From Podarcis liolepis (Eukaryota), in assembly GCA_965112155.1 (NCBI GenBank), contig OZ218101.1: a stretch of DNA of 64,000 bases; one strand, given 5' to 3'. The position numbers and the translations under genes are program-made. The stretch's first letter is position 1. The number at the start of each line of letters is the position of its first letter. Positions 52,101 to 64,000 of the stretch are shown here, piece by piece. The notes below the pieces were generated by a model. The model did not search any database and was not told the origin of the DNA. It was given only the letters and a program-made list of their open reading frames with translations.

Positions 52101-54325
52101 CTTAAAATGAATCTAACCGTAACTTATATTTCTGTTAAAAAATTGTGATTCTGATTGAATTCTTTTTTATTATGTTAAAAATCTAAAATACCTTCATCAA
52201 CTAATATAGCAAGATTTCCATCTGGAGAGAGTCCCACACATGTGACATTGTACTGGGTTGCCAGTGGTAATGTTTCAGACTTGTTACTGGAAGAGAAGAG
52301 GGTGAAAGAATCAATAAAACGTCCAAACAGTGACAGAACAGTATGCAAAATGCTAATCTGTCATACACCTCTGCCCAATCCAGGAAGTGTGAATTGCACA
52401 TAGAAATACATTTCTGCACAAATGTTTCTCAGGCCAGATTTCCTTTATGTCATCCCACATGTATGAAGGGGAGTGGGAAATAGCTACATCCTTCCCAGTG
52501 TGAATGCAGTGTACTATTCATTAGCCCATTTTATAACTTTGATAATGGAGCACATTCTTTCACTATAGTGGAACAACAGAAGAGCCCCAGAAACAGACCC
52601 AAGTAGCCCTTTTTAACAGTCTGTGTTGTATGCAGAGGCTCAGTACCTCTAGTGATCATCTACTCTTTGAGAAAGCTCATTTATAAAGACAATGAAAGAA
52701 GATGCATACTTTTTCAAGTCAAAGACGGTAATTCTGTTTCCCACAGGACTAATCAGAGAGTTCCCATCTGGAGTGAAATTCAGGTTTCCATGTCGGTAGA
52801 CTGTACCCAGCAAGTTGGAGAACTGAAAAGAGAGAGAAGTGAAGTGAATGCAGACTTAACTAGTAGTTGGTCTCTAAGGTGCTACTGGACAATTTTTTTT
52901 ATATAAATACCTATGAAGTTTCAACTAGGCAGCATCTTAAAAAGCAGAGACATCATCTTGCCAACAAAGGTCCGTATGGTTAAAGCCATGGTTTTCCCAG
53001 TAGTGATGTATGTAAGTGAGAGCTGGACCATAAAGAAGGCTGATCGCCGAAGAATTGATGCTTTTGAATTATGGTGCTGGAGGAGACTCTTGAGAGTCCC
53101 ATGGACTGCAAGAAGATCAAACGCATCCATTCTTAAGGAAATCAGCCCTGAGTGCTCACTGGAAGGACAGATCCTGAAGCTGAGGCTCCAGTACTTTGGC
53201 CACCTCATGAGAAGAGAAGACTCCCTGAAAAAGACCCTGATGTTGGGAAAGATGGAGGGCACAAGGAGAAGGGGACGACAGAGGATGAGATGGTTGGACA
53301 GTGTTCTCGAAGCCACAAACATGAATCTGACCAAACTGCGGGAGGCAGTGGAAGACAGGAGTGCCTGGCGTGCTCTGGTCCATGGGGTCACGAAGAGTCG
53401 GACATGACTAAACGACTAAACAACAAATGAAGTTTCAAATAGTACAAACCAGTGAGGGGATAAATTAAGAGGATATAGTGCAGAAGCAGCCAATGTGGGG
53501 CCCTCCAGATGTTGTTGGACTCTCATCAGCCCTTTACAACATGGTCAATTGTCAAGGATCACGAAAGTTGCATTCCAGCATCATCTGGAGATCACAACAT
53601 TGTCTACCTGAATAACGGATGGGATGAAAGAAGAGTATTTGACTTGTAGCCAACTCATTCTCCCAACCACAGGGAGGATGAGCACAGATGCGTCTATCTG
53701 TCAAGTGGGAGGAAAAAACGGGCGTTTCGCAAGGAAAAAAGGCAGCTAGGGGATAGAAAAGGTGGTGCAAATGGAAGTCAGCATTACTGTTCAATTTCAA
53801 CGATTTGTGGCATGCCAAGTACCAGAGTCAGCTAGTTAAGCAACACATAAAGATAGCAAATTTTGTGTGCATTTGCCAGATTATGAGCAAATGCGGATAG
53901 TCGGCAGTGGCGGAGGTCGGCAGGAGAGTTCCTGGTTTCCCAGAGGATTACAGCTCGTGTGGAGGGGCTGGACACGCTACTCGAGCAATTTGGCAAAATA
54001 ATGATTAAAAGGAGCAACAGGGAGGGAAAAGGAGGGCAGGGATCACATACTCTCCAACATTTCTCCAGTGAAAACAGGGACATCCTAAGGAAAAGTGGGA
54101 CATTCCGAGGTCAAATCAGAAACCTTATCTAAATCAGGGACGCCCCTGGGAAACAGGGACGCTTGGAAGGTCTGGGATCAAGCGGCCGCCCAGAGGCTGG
54201 GCCCTCCAGAAACGGGCAGCGACGGGCTCCTCTTGCCAGACCAAGGGCTGCCCAAGCTCCGAGACCCCCGGCCAGAAAGGACGAAGCCCCCCGCCCTGTA
54301 AGCGAACCTTGTAAGAGAACTTCAT
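34997..54325 (-). CDS. PWP2: Periodic tryptophan protein 2 homolog (UTP1), WD40 SSU processome subunit, 910 aa
   Basis: 21 exons: 54325-54308, 52822-52710, 52286-52192, 51938-51839, 51446-51303, 50141-50006, 49107-48878, 48153-48010, 47766-47696, 46611-46475, 45961-45813, 45433-45286, 44550-44400, 43694-43514, 42327-42180, 39647-39539, 38580-38515, 37581-37363, 36782-36632, 36180-36106, 35144-34997 (2733 nt, phases consistent). MKFSYKFSNLLGTVY.., YALGGHKDAIV, LAGHEGPIS..SASWDKTVRLWD, FDPYDL. Confidence 0.96.
37005..37122. mobile_element. Penelope-like terminal fragment with short inverted segment
   Basis: Same GGTAGCCGTGTTGGTCTG...CCAGTAGCACC sequence, followed by inverted TTGGTCTCTAAGGTGCTACTG. 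Further relics at about 52864-52900 and 19628-19720. Confidence 0.7.
37123..37153. repeat. (CA)n microsatellite
   Basis: About 15 units, directly next to the Penelope fragment. Confidence 0.95.
39694..41797 (-). mobile_element. Non-autonomous, internally deleted L1-like retroelement (about 2.1 kb) in PWP2 intron 15
   Basis: 17-bp TSD GAAAAGCTTATATTCTT (39677-39693 and 41798-41814); CpG-containing 5' end starting CTTCCGG; 229-aa coiled-coil ORF 40919-40230; T-rich 3'UTR, AATAAA and A-tail; no EN or RT. Confidence 0.8.
46912..47068 (+). mobile_element. CR1 LINE ORF2 3' fragment
   Basis: Degenerate PYEE..RELGMFSLEKRR..DMIA.FKYLKG.H.E motif. Other CR1 3' relics at about 3742-3985 (-) and 43150-43235 (+). 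Confidence 0.7.
52925..53426 (+). mobile_element. 5'-truncated RTE-BovB LINE 3' end in PWP2 intron 1 (antisense to PWP2)
   Basis: ILKSRDI.LPTKV..VKAMVFPVVMY..ESWT..FELWCWRRLLRVPWTARRSN..HGVTKSRT; CAA tail; 12-bp TSD ATGAAGTTTCAA (52913-52924 and 53427-53438). Confidence 0.93.
54046..54174. mobile_element. Second copy of the 6-bp-TSD element
   Basis: Homologous to 781-918; TSD GGATCA (54040-54045 and 54175-54180). Confidence 0.75.
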
Positions 54326-54660
54326 CCCCGCGCAGATGCAGGCACTCGGTCGGCGAACACATGGGCAGCACGAGTCGGCCGGAAGAGCCTCTTCGTTTTG
54401 CTTCCGGGTTCAGAACATTTCCAGGGCGACCGATCTGCTCTTTCTCTCTCTTTCCGCCGGCTCCTGTTGCGTCACTCTGACAGGGAACCGGAAGCTCCCG
54501 GGAACTCGCACTCCGAGTTCCGAGCAACATTCCTCCCCTCCGCTGACGCCCCAACCCGCGTATAATTTGGGCCGGTGGGGAGCAGCGAGGTGCAGCTCAT
54601 TTAAAGGTTGCTTTCTTGAGCACTCTTTCTCGAGAGCATGCCTCGAGTCGTTATTTATTA
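54180..54660 (-). promoter_or_regulatory. CpG-island promoter of PWP2
   Basis: CpG-rich; several ETS-type CCGGAA motifs (about 54379, 54402, 54488) and TGACGC half-CRE sites upstream of the ATG at 54325. Confidence 0.65.
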
Positions 54661-56038
54661 TGGTTATTTTTATAAAAAATACGTTCTTTCCATACAAGCA
54701 GAAGGGTGCTTGTTTCCTTACGCTTTTATAGCAGCAGGGCAGCGGAAACAAAACCTTCGTTATGGCTGCAAGCTGTAAAAAGTGAGCTTGAAATGCAAAA
54801 GCGCACACGTGGCCAGGTTTACTGTTTTCCATCAGGATTGGCACGCGGTCTTTCGCTTTTATTTCAACGTGTCAGGAATGTAGCAGCTGTGCGGTGTCAT
54901 TTTGTGGCTCACAACTTAATGCACGTGGTCATCCGAAGGGCATAAACTACTAAATCCGATGTCTAAAATTATCCAGCTGCCCCACTGGCGAGAGAGCCCA
55001 GATTTTGACTGCGGTTGTTAGAGCCAGACTAAGACATCTTGCTGGCTGAAGCCGAGCAGCAAATGGCACTTTCTCACCCGCAAGCACGACATCTACTACT
55101 GGCGAAGTTATTTTGGCATCTGAAACCTTGCCCTTTCCGAAACCCCACGGAGAACCTCAGCTTCCCTGTCAGTAAAAATACAAGTTTTTAAAAACAAAAA
55201 TAAAAAAACTATCAAATTTCTACCTTTCCGTGACATTCAAAATAAGCTGCTTTACTCTTGCCTATTAGTAAAGCCCGGAGAGGATAGCATCGCACAGTCA
55301 TTGCATGGGCACCACAGCCTATTACACCCTCTCCCATAAGGAGATGATGTGCACACTATTTTAGCCCTTTTCAATAATACCAATATAGAAGTTGGTCCTG
55401 TGCAGAGTGTCGAAATGACTGATACCTACATACATGTTATTTGTATGCCGCCTTTCCATAGCTAAAACCATGCTCAAGGTGGCTTAATATTTTAAAAATG
55501 TACACAGTATAACAAAAATAGTAATAAAGAATAAATAAGACACATCAAAAAGTACACAACTAAAGAGAACAGTTTACACATTAAATCATAAATCTAAAAA
55601 TAAAGATACAAAAAAATAGTATCAGTAACACCAACAACCCCCCGCCCCTGCCTAAATAATACCCCAACCCAATAATGATGAGTTGTGTATCAGATGGAAA
55701 ACTTTTGTGGATTTCTTGAGAATGGAATCTCAATCCTGGATCAAGTACTGTTTTTAAAAGGGTGCTCTTGGCACAGGTCAAAGGTAGCTAGCAAGATTTA
55801 GTTTATGAATTCCAGATTCCTACCACAGTCTGCTTTTCAATATGAACTAGATCAACCACCTTTATACTGTCACTTTTATTTGTAGTGTACAACTAATTTT
55901 ATCCAAAGTTAAAATGTAAAACTGGAAGAAAAATTATCTTTAAAGAAAGTTAGTCCCCAAATGCTTATTTGGGTTAAAAGTGAATCCCAGGTAAGAAAAG
56001 GTTGAAGACTTCTATTTTAAAGAAACTTTCACACCAGT

Positions 56039-56260
56039 TACAGATAGGTAGCCGTGTTGGTCTGCCATAGTCAAAATAAAAAAAATCCTTCCAGTAGCAC
56101 CTTAAAGACCAACTAAGTTAGTTCTTGGTATGAGCTTTCGTGTGCATGCACACTTCTTCAGATACAGGTATCTGAAGAAGTGTGCATGCACACGAAAGCT
56201 CATACCAAGAACTAACTTAGTTGGTCTTTAAGGTGCTACTGGAAGGATTTTTTTTATTTT
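56039..56260. mobile_element. Penelope-like element terminus in inverted-repeat form
   Basis: GGTAGCCGTGTTGGTCTG tail plus perfect 93-bp inverted repeat; flanking direct repeat TTTCACACCAGT; hammerhead core motif. Confidence 0.75.
56167..56206 (+). ncRNA. Minimal type I hammerhead ribozyme motif (Penelope-associated; mirror copy on the minus strand)
   Basis: GGTAT-CTGAAGA-A-GTGTGCATGCACAC-GAAA-GCTC-ATACC: stem I GGTAT/ATACC, CUGANGA and GAAA core, palindromic stem II, vestigial AGCU stem III. Confidence 0.6.
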
Positions 56261-56989
56261 CACACCAGTGTGAACTCTACTCCCCTCCCTGCACATTCCA
56301 CTCTGCAGTTTTTCCAACAGTAACCATTCACAGTAGGTGGTGCTTCTGGAGAAAATCAATCCTAGATCTGGGAGCTGAAGATCCATGTCCAGAGAAACCA
56401 TTCTGATGTACAATACTTCAACAAGCAGGCATTTAGCAGGTGGCTTTCTCCAAAAAGCATTGCCTTTTGAACCAGGATGTGGTAGTGCTGCTTTGGTTTG
56501 TCACCCAGTTCACAAAAGAGACTCATCATACTGCAAGAGTCAACATCATTTAAAGTAGTTGCCAGAATAAGCTGGTGCCAAGTTTCATCTGTAGTGACTC
56601 CTTAAACTAGGAACGACAATGTTTGCTTCCCAAAGCTCTGATACATACATAAATGCTACCCCAAATATACCAAGAAACATCAGGAGAACGTGAGAAGATA
56701 AAACTTCCTGGTAGGATTAAAAAAACACAGTGAAGCTAAAGTAGCTGCATGTGATAAGCCTTGTGCACCACCATATAATTATCTTAAGGTATATTAGTAC
56801 TCTTGTGGCTCAGCCTGGTCCTGCAAAATCAATTAACTGAGAGCCAACAGATGCTACTAATAGAAAAGCTGCCTGAAAATAACTGATCAGCTCAGCTTAG
56901 AGCCACTTAATACCTAGAAATCTCAAACCAAGGAACATATAAAGGAAAGCTGAATGTCAGAACTGTAAGCAACTTTTGTTTAAAATATT

Positions 56990-59311
56990 CAAGATTTTTA
57001 TTCATTTTCCTACTGGTTGGCTTTTCTGGGGGGTTTTATTGACAGTTTATTCCCTAAGTTTCATGGCACCATTAAAATAAGAAACAAGACTGGGTAACTG
57101 TGTTTCTGAATATCCTTTCCCTACAGTTTGCTTTTCTATGTTTAAATCCTCTGTGGAGTGTAACAGTCTTACAGAACTACAAGTAGGAAGTGTCACAAAT
57201 GTCATTGTTGAACTTTAATTTCCATTGTAGGAGTTAATTTTTCCAGTCACAAATAAACCTGTGAAATTCACAAAAATTATACTCCTTTAACCCATTTGAT
57301 AGTATTTACAAGCTTGACAGATATCTATAAATAGCATAATCCTTAATTTTTCAGATACACATATTGCAAATTGATTATTTACATCTTTACCCAGAAACCA
57401 AACCCCTCTCCATATACACATGTAGTCTCCTGAAGTAGTGATTAGGCTATGGTTCTGCTGCATTTTAGTGAAGTCCACCATTTCAACGTAAGCATAAAAA
57501 TGTTACGGTGCTCTAAAACCAAACCAGAGAAAACACATCAACACTAACTGCTAATAAAATCATTTCTTGTGAAAGACCCAAAATCAAGGTATCAAGTTGT
57601 TCACCACATTCGAAATGTACTTTTAACATTCAAGCTGTTGTTCACAAGTATTCAATGTAGAAGGGCCATAACAAGTTTAAATACATTTTATCATTTAGAT
57701 GCAAAATTGAAGTGTGAACATATCAATATTGTGTAGTCTCATTAATTCTTATAACTGAAAGAAGGTACAGAGGCAATTCTGTTGAAAAACGTTTAAGGGG
57801 TTGCATACATTTTTCCCTAACTTAATTAAAGTAAATTAAACACAAAGAGACAGTCAGCCAACCTCCCACTGTAACTTCAAGAAAAGAAGTGCCCAAATAC
57901 AAGTGTATGTTTCTATTTCCAAAAAGAAAACTCAACTTACTTTAACTTTCAAAGCCAAGTGACTGGCAAATTCATGAGAAACACGGGGCTTGCTTTTTGC
58001 TCCCTCTAAAAATAAAACCTCATTTGCTCTTAAGACATGAGAAAAGTAAATCAAGAATTAATAGATACACACAGTGTTGGAACACACATACCACACTTTT
58101 TCAGAATTCAAATTTGGTTTGCTACTGCCTCCTGCCTCAAAGATATTAAAAACCTATAGAAAGAACCAAGAATTATCAGTGTTCCTACAAAGCTTGTTCA
58201 TACAATGAAGGCTGTTCCCCAAGAGGCTGCATATGTTGCAAGAAGAGAATTATTGTGTAAGCCAGTAACAGGAGTGAACAGCAGCTAGGATTGTAGCCAC
58301 AAGTTTTAAGGAAATGTGGTATGTACAAAAATACACAGTTTGAGAGCTGGAAAAAGTTATATGCACTAGACTTATTTACAAGCTTTGATTTTCACACCAA
58401 TAAAAACACATTTATTTCGTCCTTGATTCCGGGAGCAAATTATACACAGACATTATATCAGTTAAGTTTAGTTTAGATTTTTTTTAAAATAATCATTTGT
58501 ACAATAAATTTACAACTGAAAGTAATCAGTTGGAATGGTGTAACTGCAGTTTGCTGGACCAGAAGAGGTTCAATAGTAGGACCTTAAATTTCCTCATAAG
58601 CAGACTGGAAAAGCAGTCAAGTAATCCTTGGTTTTATTTGCTTCTTCTCAGATTACTTTAGAATAAGGTGCAAATATATATATATAGTTATATGGCTCTG
58701 TAGTCAATAATAAGTTAACAGTAGTTGGGACAGGAGAAACAAATAAACTTTGGTTTTAAAAATATCAAGTGAAATATTGAATAAAAGCTATATAGTGAGA
58801 CTCAATATAGTAACCTTAAATAATTTAAATATCAAACTTGGGGGAAAGCTTGTTCAGTGAAACTTTACTTCCAACTTAACCACTTATGTGCCACTTCATT
58901 ACTTGCTTCCTGGTGTGTGTGTGTTTCCCCAGTGAGCTTAAGTAATGGCTCTCTATATGGTACGCATTCAAGAGTTTGAGTGGACTAATAAGTTTCATAT
59001 GTATCCCAAGGCACAAAAGAAGTTAAGTCCTCAAGAAAATATATACACATATTTAAAATCCTGTTGATAGCTGTAGGATTAAGAATTACTATACAGAAAT
59101 TTGGATAGCTATCCTGGTCCAGGAAACCAAACAGTTGTGTGACTAGAAAGGCACACACGTCAGTCATTAACAGCTACACTGCAAGGCTTATTGTATGTCA
59201 ACCTGAAATTTTCTTTGAACAGAAATTTAATTACTCCCCCCGGAAAAAATAGCAGTTCTGGAAGCTGCCGAAAATAAAGAGAAAACTGCAGTAAGTATCC
59301 TTTATTTCACC

Positions 59312-59363
<52 letters not shown>

Positions 59364-59601
59364 CCAAAATTCATTTTACACAAACACCCTAAAATAGCAA
59401 TAGAAACTAGCTGACACAAGCATCACTGTACATTTAAATTGATACAATTGTCTGATGCTTCCAGGGCCAGTAAGTGTTGAGTTGCCATAGGCCTCGTTAG
59501 CGTTAGAATGTTTCAAATGAAGAACAATCAGGTTATGATCCCTTAAAGTGCATTCATTTTCAAGTCTCATGTGCATGTCCATGCACATGTACAGAGAGCT
59601 G
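56990..59601 (-). other. Probable TRAPPC10 3'UTR
   Basis: AT-rich, repeat-poor sequence after the stop; minus-strand AATAAA candidates at about 57000, 57037, 58412 and 58636. The true end is unknown. Confidence 0.5.
59314..59359. repeat. (AG)n microsatellite in the TRAPPC10 3'UTR
   Basis: About 23 AG units. Confidence 0.95.
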
Positions 59602-62600
59602 TCATGTGACATTGACCTCCAGAATGTGATCATCCTTGCTGGGAATGACAAGGATTTGCATGCCAGAGCTGGAGTTGAAGACCTGTCCGGGTGAAAACGA
59701 TTGCAGCCGAGGCATTGGTAAACCTTTGTGTTCTGCACTGGCTGCTGAATGTATGCTGCCTCTGCTCTTTATGCTGCTGCTGTCAGCTTGATCATCCATA
59801 TTCTTGTCTACAGAGAGATTATCGTTTTCGATCCAACTATCTGTTTAAAAAACAAAAATGCAAAACTTTATTCCATGTGCATCTACAGTATGAACTAGAA
59901 TCAATTTAGGGTTCATCACCTAGAAGGAATCAGAAGTCACTGCATGACTTGTTATTTACAGAAACACTTTTAGAAATCTGTGCTAAAAAGACTGAAGAGA
60001 GCCCAAGGCTCATGCCATCAGCTCCTGAAAAAACTGCCATTGGCCTGAGAGTGCTCACTTGGAGCACTCCCTTTTCCACCTCTCCACAGGCTACAGACTT
60101 GGGTGCCCAGAAGGGGAAGCAAAAAAGGCCAGGCCAGGGAGTCCATTCCATCAACTCCTGGAAGGACAAAAGGTCTGAAACAATTCTGCTGTTATATCTT
60201 CTGTACCTCGTTTTTGTTTTAGTGATTTACTGAGTGCCCTGGCATAAGGGCGGCATATAAATGCAGCAAATAAAGCATTGCAGCAAATGGGGAAGCCCTA
60301 GCACATACAGATTTCTGTGCACTTACTGGAACTCCCACAAGAGCAAGAAACTGTTAAATCATACCTCAAGTATCTGCCAGTCCCGCGCATAAGAGCACTG
60401 AAAGCATTCCAAGGCAATGATTGCACATAATGTGTGTCATGCCATGCCATCAAGCTACAGGAGAAATGGGACTGCAAACGTTCTCTATCAGCAGCCGTCC
60501 CACCAGACGATGGGGGCAGACAGAAAAAAAGGGGTGGAAGTCCACAGCCTTTCCACTGACTGCTGAAAAACCAGCAATATGTGACTCCTGTTTCCCGTTC
60601 CAGCTGGTCATGAGAACTATCATTAAGTGTCAGTGCCTGTTTTCCTCATCTCTCCCAATACCTTTTCTTTTTGAATTGTGTCTTTTCAAATATAAGCCTG
60701 ATACTATCTCATTACTGATATTCTGCAAGCCACCCTGGGAGACCCTTCTTGCTGAAAATCAGGATAAACGTGTCTTTCCAACTTTTTCAGCTGAAAAATT
60801 CTAGCGCATTTTAAACATTCACGCAAGCGCCTAAGCAAACTGTTCAAGATTATCCATGTTTCAGGCCTTTAAATGAAGTGTTGAAAAGAATGCATTCTTA
60901 CCTGCATCGAGCTGCATAGAGTGAGCAGAGTAGTGCGGGAGGTATTTAAATAGCCTAACATCAGGAAAAGGGAGGTATCCAGCAAAGAGTGGCATGACTT
61001 CCATGTGCACTTTGTGGGTTGCCCGAACTGCAATTGGCATAGATATTACCCCTGAGCTCTTCCCACAGACTGCCCAGTTACTACTATTGTCTACAACTGA
61101 AACAAAAGAGAAAACACTATTAAAAGGAAATAGTTACTGAGACCCATTTTTCATTTTGAATACTGTATAAGCCACACTTATGAGGGAACTATAAAAAATG
61201 TCTTATGTAGTCCTTTTACAAGCGTCATGAGATAGTGATGCCATACGAACAAAATGATTTGAAGAAGATACATACACATATTTAAAATCCTGTTGATAGC
61301 TGTAAGATTAAGAATTACTATAGATTTAATTCAAGATAATTGGAGGGGTGTAAATTCTTTGGATATTAGAGGTACATACACTTTTGGGTGACCTGAGTGA
61401 CTAAACCACACAAAATGCAGTCCAATTAGTATGCCTACCTTCATACATTAGCTTTGTTGTGCAGTAACCATCAGATTCTGTCAATGCTTCGTCTTTGTCC
61501 ACATCCAGGAGGTCTGAAAGGCGGGTGATCGACACCTCCAGTGAGCACAACGAGCCTGTTTTACAATATTCTGCCCCCAATGGGGGGGAAATCTCAGCTT
61601 TCACATTATATAATGTCTGGCAGGAGCACAATGATATTCATGGTCATTATATACACAAGGTTAAACATTTCCACAATTAAACTGATTAGGAAAGATAATC
61701 TATCAGTAAAAGGAGATTGGCAGAGGAGGAGAAAGTCTGTCTTCTACTTTTCCATAAAAAATAGGACCAAGCCACAAAAGCTAGGGCGAAAGCCTGAAAA
61801 TCAACTCTGTATCGTAAACACAAACAAGCCCAAAACGTATTGATGCTAAACAAGTACCAAACATTACATTCGACATGTGATGGCTTCCTAAAACATCATC
61901 ATGTGGCAACTCCGCCACACGGAGGTTGTAACATCTAGAATGGCTTGACCCATGGGGCACTGCTGTCATGCGGAAATCTCTATAACACCACTAGCCACTA
62001 TCAGAAATTCCAGCAAGGGCCCAGAAATGCCACAGGGCTGTGACAATCCACAGATAATCTGCTCTAGGCACTGCAGGAGAAGTAAGAGCTACTTGCCAAG
62101 CAATGATCGAGTGGTCTCAATGTGGCAAGTGCCTGGCACAAACCAACCCTTCGAGTTTTCCAGAATTACAACATGGAATTTTAAATTTTTACTCCTGTAA
62201 ACCATTTTGAGATTGTGTGATAATGGAAAGCAGTAAATGAATACTGTTAAATAAATAAACATTTGAAAGCCCCACCCCCACCCCACAATCTTTTAATGTG
62301 GATGCCTTGAATCTGCCTGCTTCCACTCTGGAAAATATCAAACCTATCTGATCTAGCTACCAGCGTGGCAAAAACTTACAAAAAAGTTTTCCAGCTGGAA
62401 TTCGTAAGTGTACGGCTTCAGAGACAGTGAGTGCTCTTCAGAAGGTGCTGAACAAAAGTTCACTGAAAACTGGCATTGCAAAGATGAGGGAAGTTCTTTT
62501 GTCCACTTCAGTTCCCATACAAAGAATACTGCTTGCTTAGTGTAGATATGCTGAAAAAGAGAGTTATGAGTTTGTCAATAGTCACTCTGGTGTTAGCTAA

Positions 62601-63759
62601 CAAAGAACAGAATATACATACTTTAAAAAAATAAAAACATTTCAACAGGGGTGGACAGTGTATTCGTCAACAGCACTGCATGCAGCAACCCCTTCCCTCA
62701 AGGCTGAATAGTTTGCTCAGAACCCTGGATCCCTCACATTGGTTTTACTTAAAATAAATGTCTAGCTCTTGTGGTTAGCTATGACAGCTAACTACACACA
62801 AAGCAAAACTGTGTCTGTTTCAGCCCTCTTGGCTGATGCTGGGAGAAAGCAAACCACGAGGCTTGGCTTAGTGTTACATCCAAACCTGAGATTGTGCTTT
62901 GCTTTGCTCCCAAATCATTATGTGTGGCCAACATTTGTTCTTGGATTATTGATTGCGGATTGCTGGAACCAAACAAACCACGATCCATGGTTCTGACATA
63001 TTGCTAAGTCGCAGGCTGTGATTTGTTTTCTCCCAGCATGAGCTGGAAGGAGCAAAGAGGAGGGAAGCAGGCATAATTTGGGTTGTGAACAGCAAAACTG
63101 GGGTTTATGCTGTGAGAATTCTGTGCATGAGTCTCCCTCCACCAATATGGCTGCAACCAACTGCTATTTCGTTTTCCTCTCGCAGAACTATCTCCAGCAA
63201 TTGCTATTCCACAGTATTTTTTTTTTTTTGTGTAGGACTTGGAACCTGACTCCATTTTCTTTTCTCCTTTTTCTTTTGAATGGTGTTGAATATGACAAAC
63301 CCCAGCTAACTAAAAATGGAAGAGAAAGTTTCTAACTCCTTCTCCTGGCCGTGCAAGAGCAAAATATGGGAGCAAAGTAGCATGCCAGCTAGGGAGGAAG
63401 CTAGGTTCATTTATGTTTTCCTAACAGTTTAGTGTGGCATTCAAACACAGTCAATGAGTTCCAATTAGCTGAGGTTCATATTGCTTTTTCTATACACTTT
63501 TGGGGTCGGGGGGGGGGGACAGATGTGAGAAACAGATGTGATGTTTGTATATTCGTAACGTGTATGTATTATTGTTGAATTATCTTAATAATAAAAATTT
63601 ATTTATAAAAAAAAGCAAGAAAGAAAGCCTACCTGTTCAGCTTTGGAGTTTAGAGGATCAAGACTTAAATCTGTGCAGATGCCAGAACTTTTAAGACTAC
63701 TGTCAGATAACTTAAAAGAGATATCTGACATGTTCTGCACGCAAACCTGTATGTATTTC
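59602..63759 (-). CDS. TRAPPC10: Trafficking protein particle complex subunit 10, last five coding exons (gene continues beyond the window)
   Basis: Exons 63759-63633, 62550-62380, 61616-61439, 61096-60902, 59840-59602, in phase. VDNSSNWAVCGKS, PLFAGYLPFPDVRLFKY; C-terminus DSWIEND..EHKGLPMPRLQ..DDHILEVNVT*. Confidence 0.95.
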
Positions 63760-63833
63760 CTAAAAAAAAGGGAAAACATATTTTTTTAACATTGCAAAGA
63801 ACCTACTTTGTTATGTATTGTATTGTTAGATAG

Positions 63834-63881
<48 letters not shown>
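63834..63881. repeat. (ATCT)n microsatellite
   Basis: About 12 units. Confidence 0.95.
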
Positions 63882-64000
63882 GCTAAAGGCTGAAATAATA
63901 GAGAAAAAGAGCTCTACATATTCATAGCACTGTTTAATCATGCTAAAATTACATTTAAATTAAACAAACCACTATATTCAAAGTCTAGATTATGTTTTTA

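Overview
Vertebrate genomic DNA from a squamate, probably a lacertid lizard (inferred from the repeat families). It holds the block syntenic with human 21q22.3: ICOSLG (+, 6 coding exons, about 294 aa), GATD3/C21orf33 (-, 7 exons, 262 aa), PWP2 (-, 21 exons, 910 aa) and the last five coding exons plus 3'UTR of TRAPPC10 (-). I built the exon chains by hand from splice signals and they stay in frame. Non-coding DNA is rich in mobile elements: L2, RTE-BovB, CR1 relics, a 2.1-kb internally deleted L1-like element, Penelope termini, tRNA-SINEs, and Tc1/mariner and hAT non-autonomous elements. I see no convincing wholly new biological system. The most unusual signals are (1) a minor-spliceosome intron in GATD3 that appears to be AT-AT, (2) the RT-less L1 derivative with a 17-bp TSD and an intact 229-aa coiled-coil ORF, (3) a perfect 93-bp-arm Penelope hairpin carrying minimal hammerhead ribozyme motifs, (4) CpG-rich DNA transposons loaded with hairpins or captured DNA, (5) a MITE family with 6-bp TSDs, and (6) tail-only retro-insertions. 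Gene and family names come from my recognition of the sequences, not from database searches.
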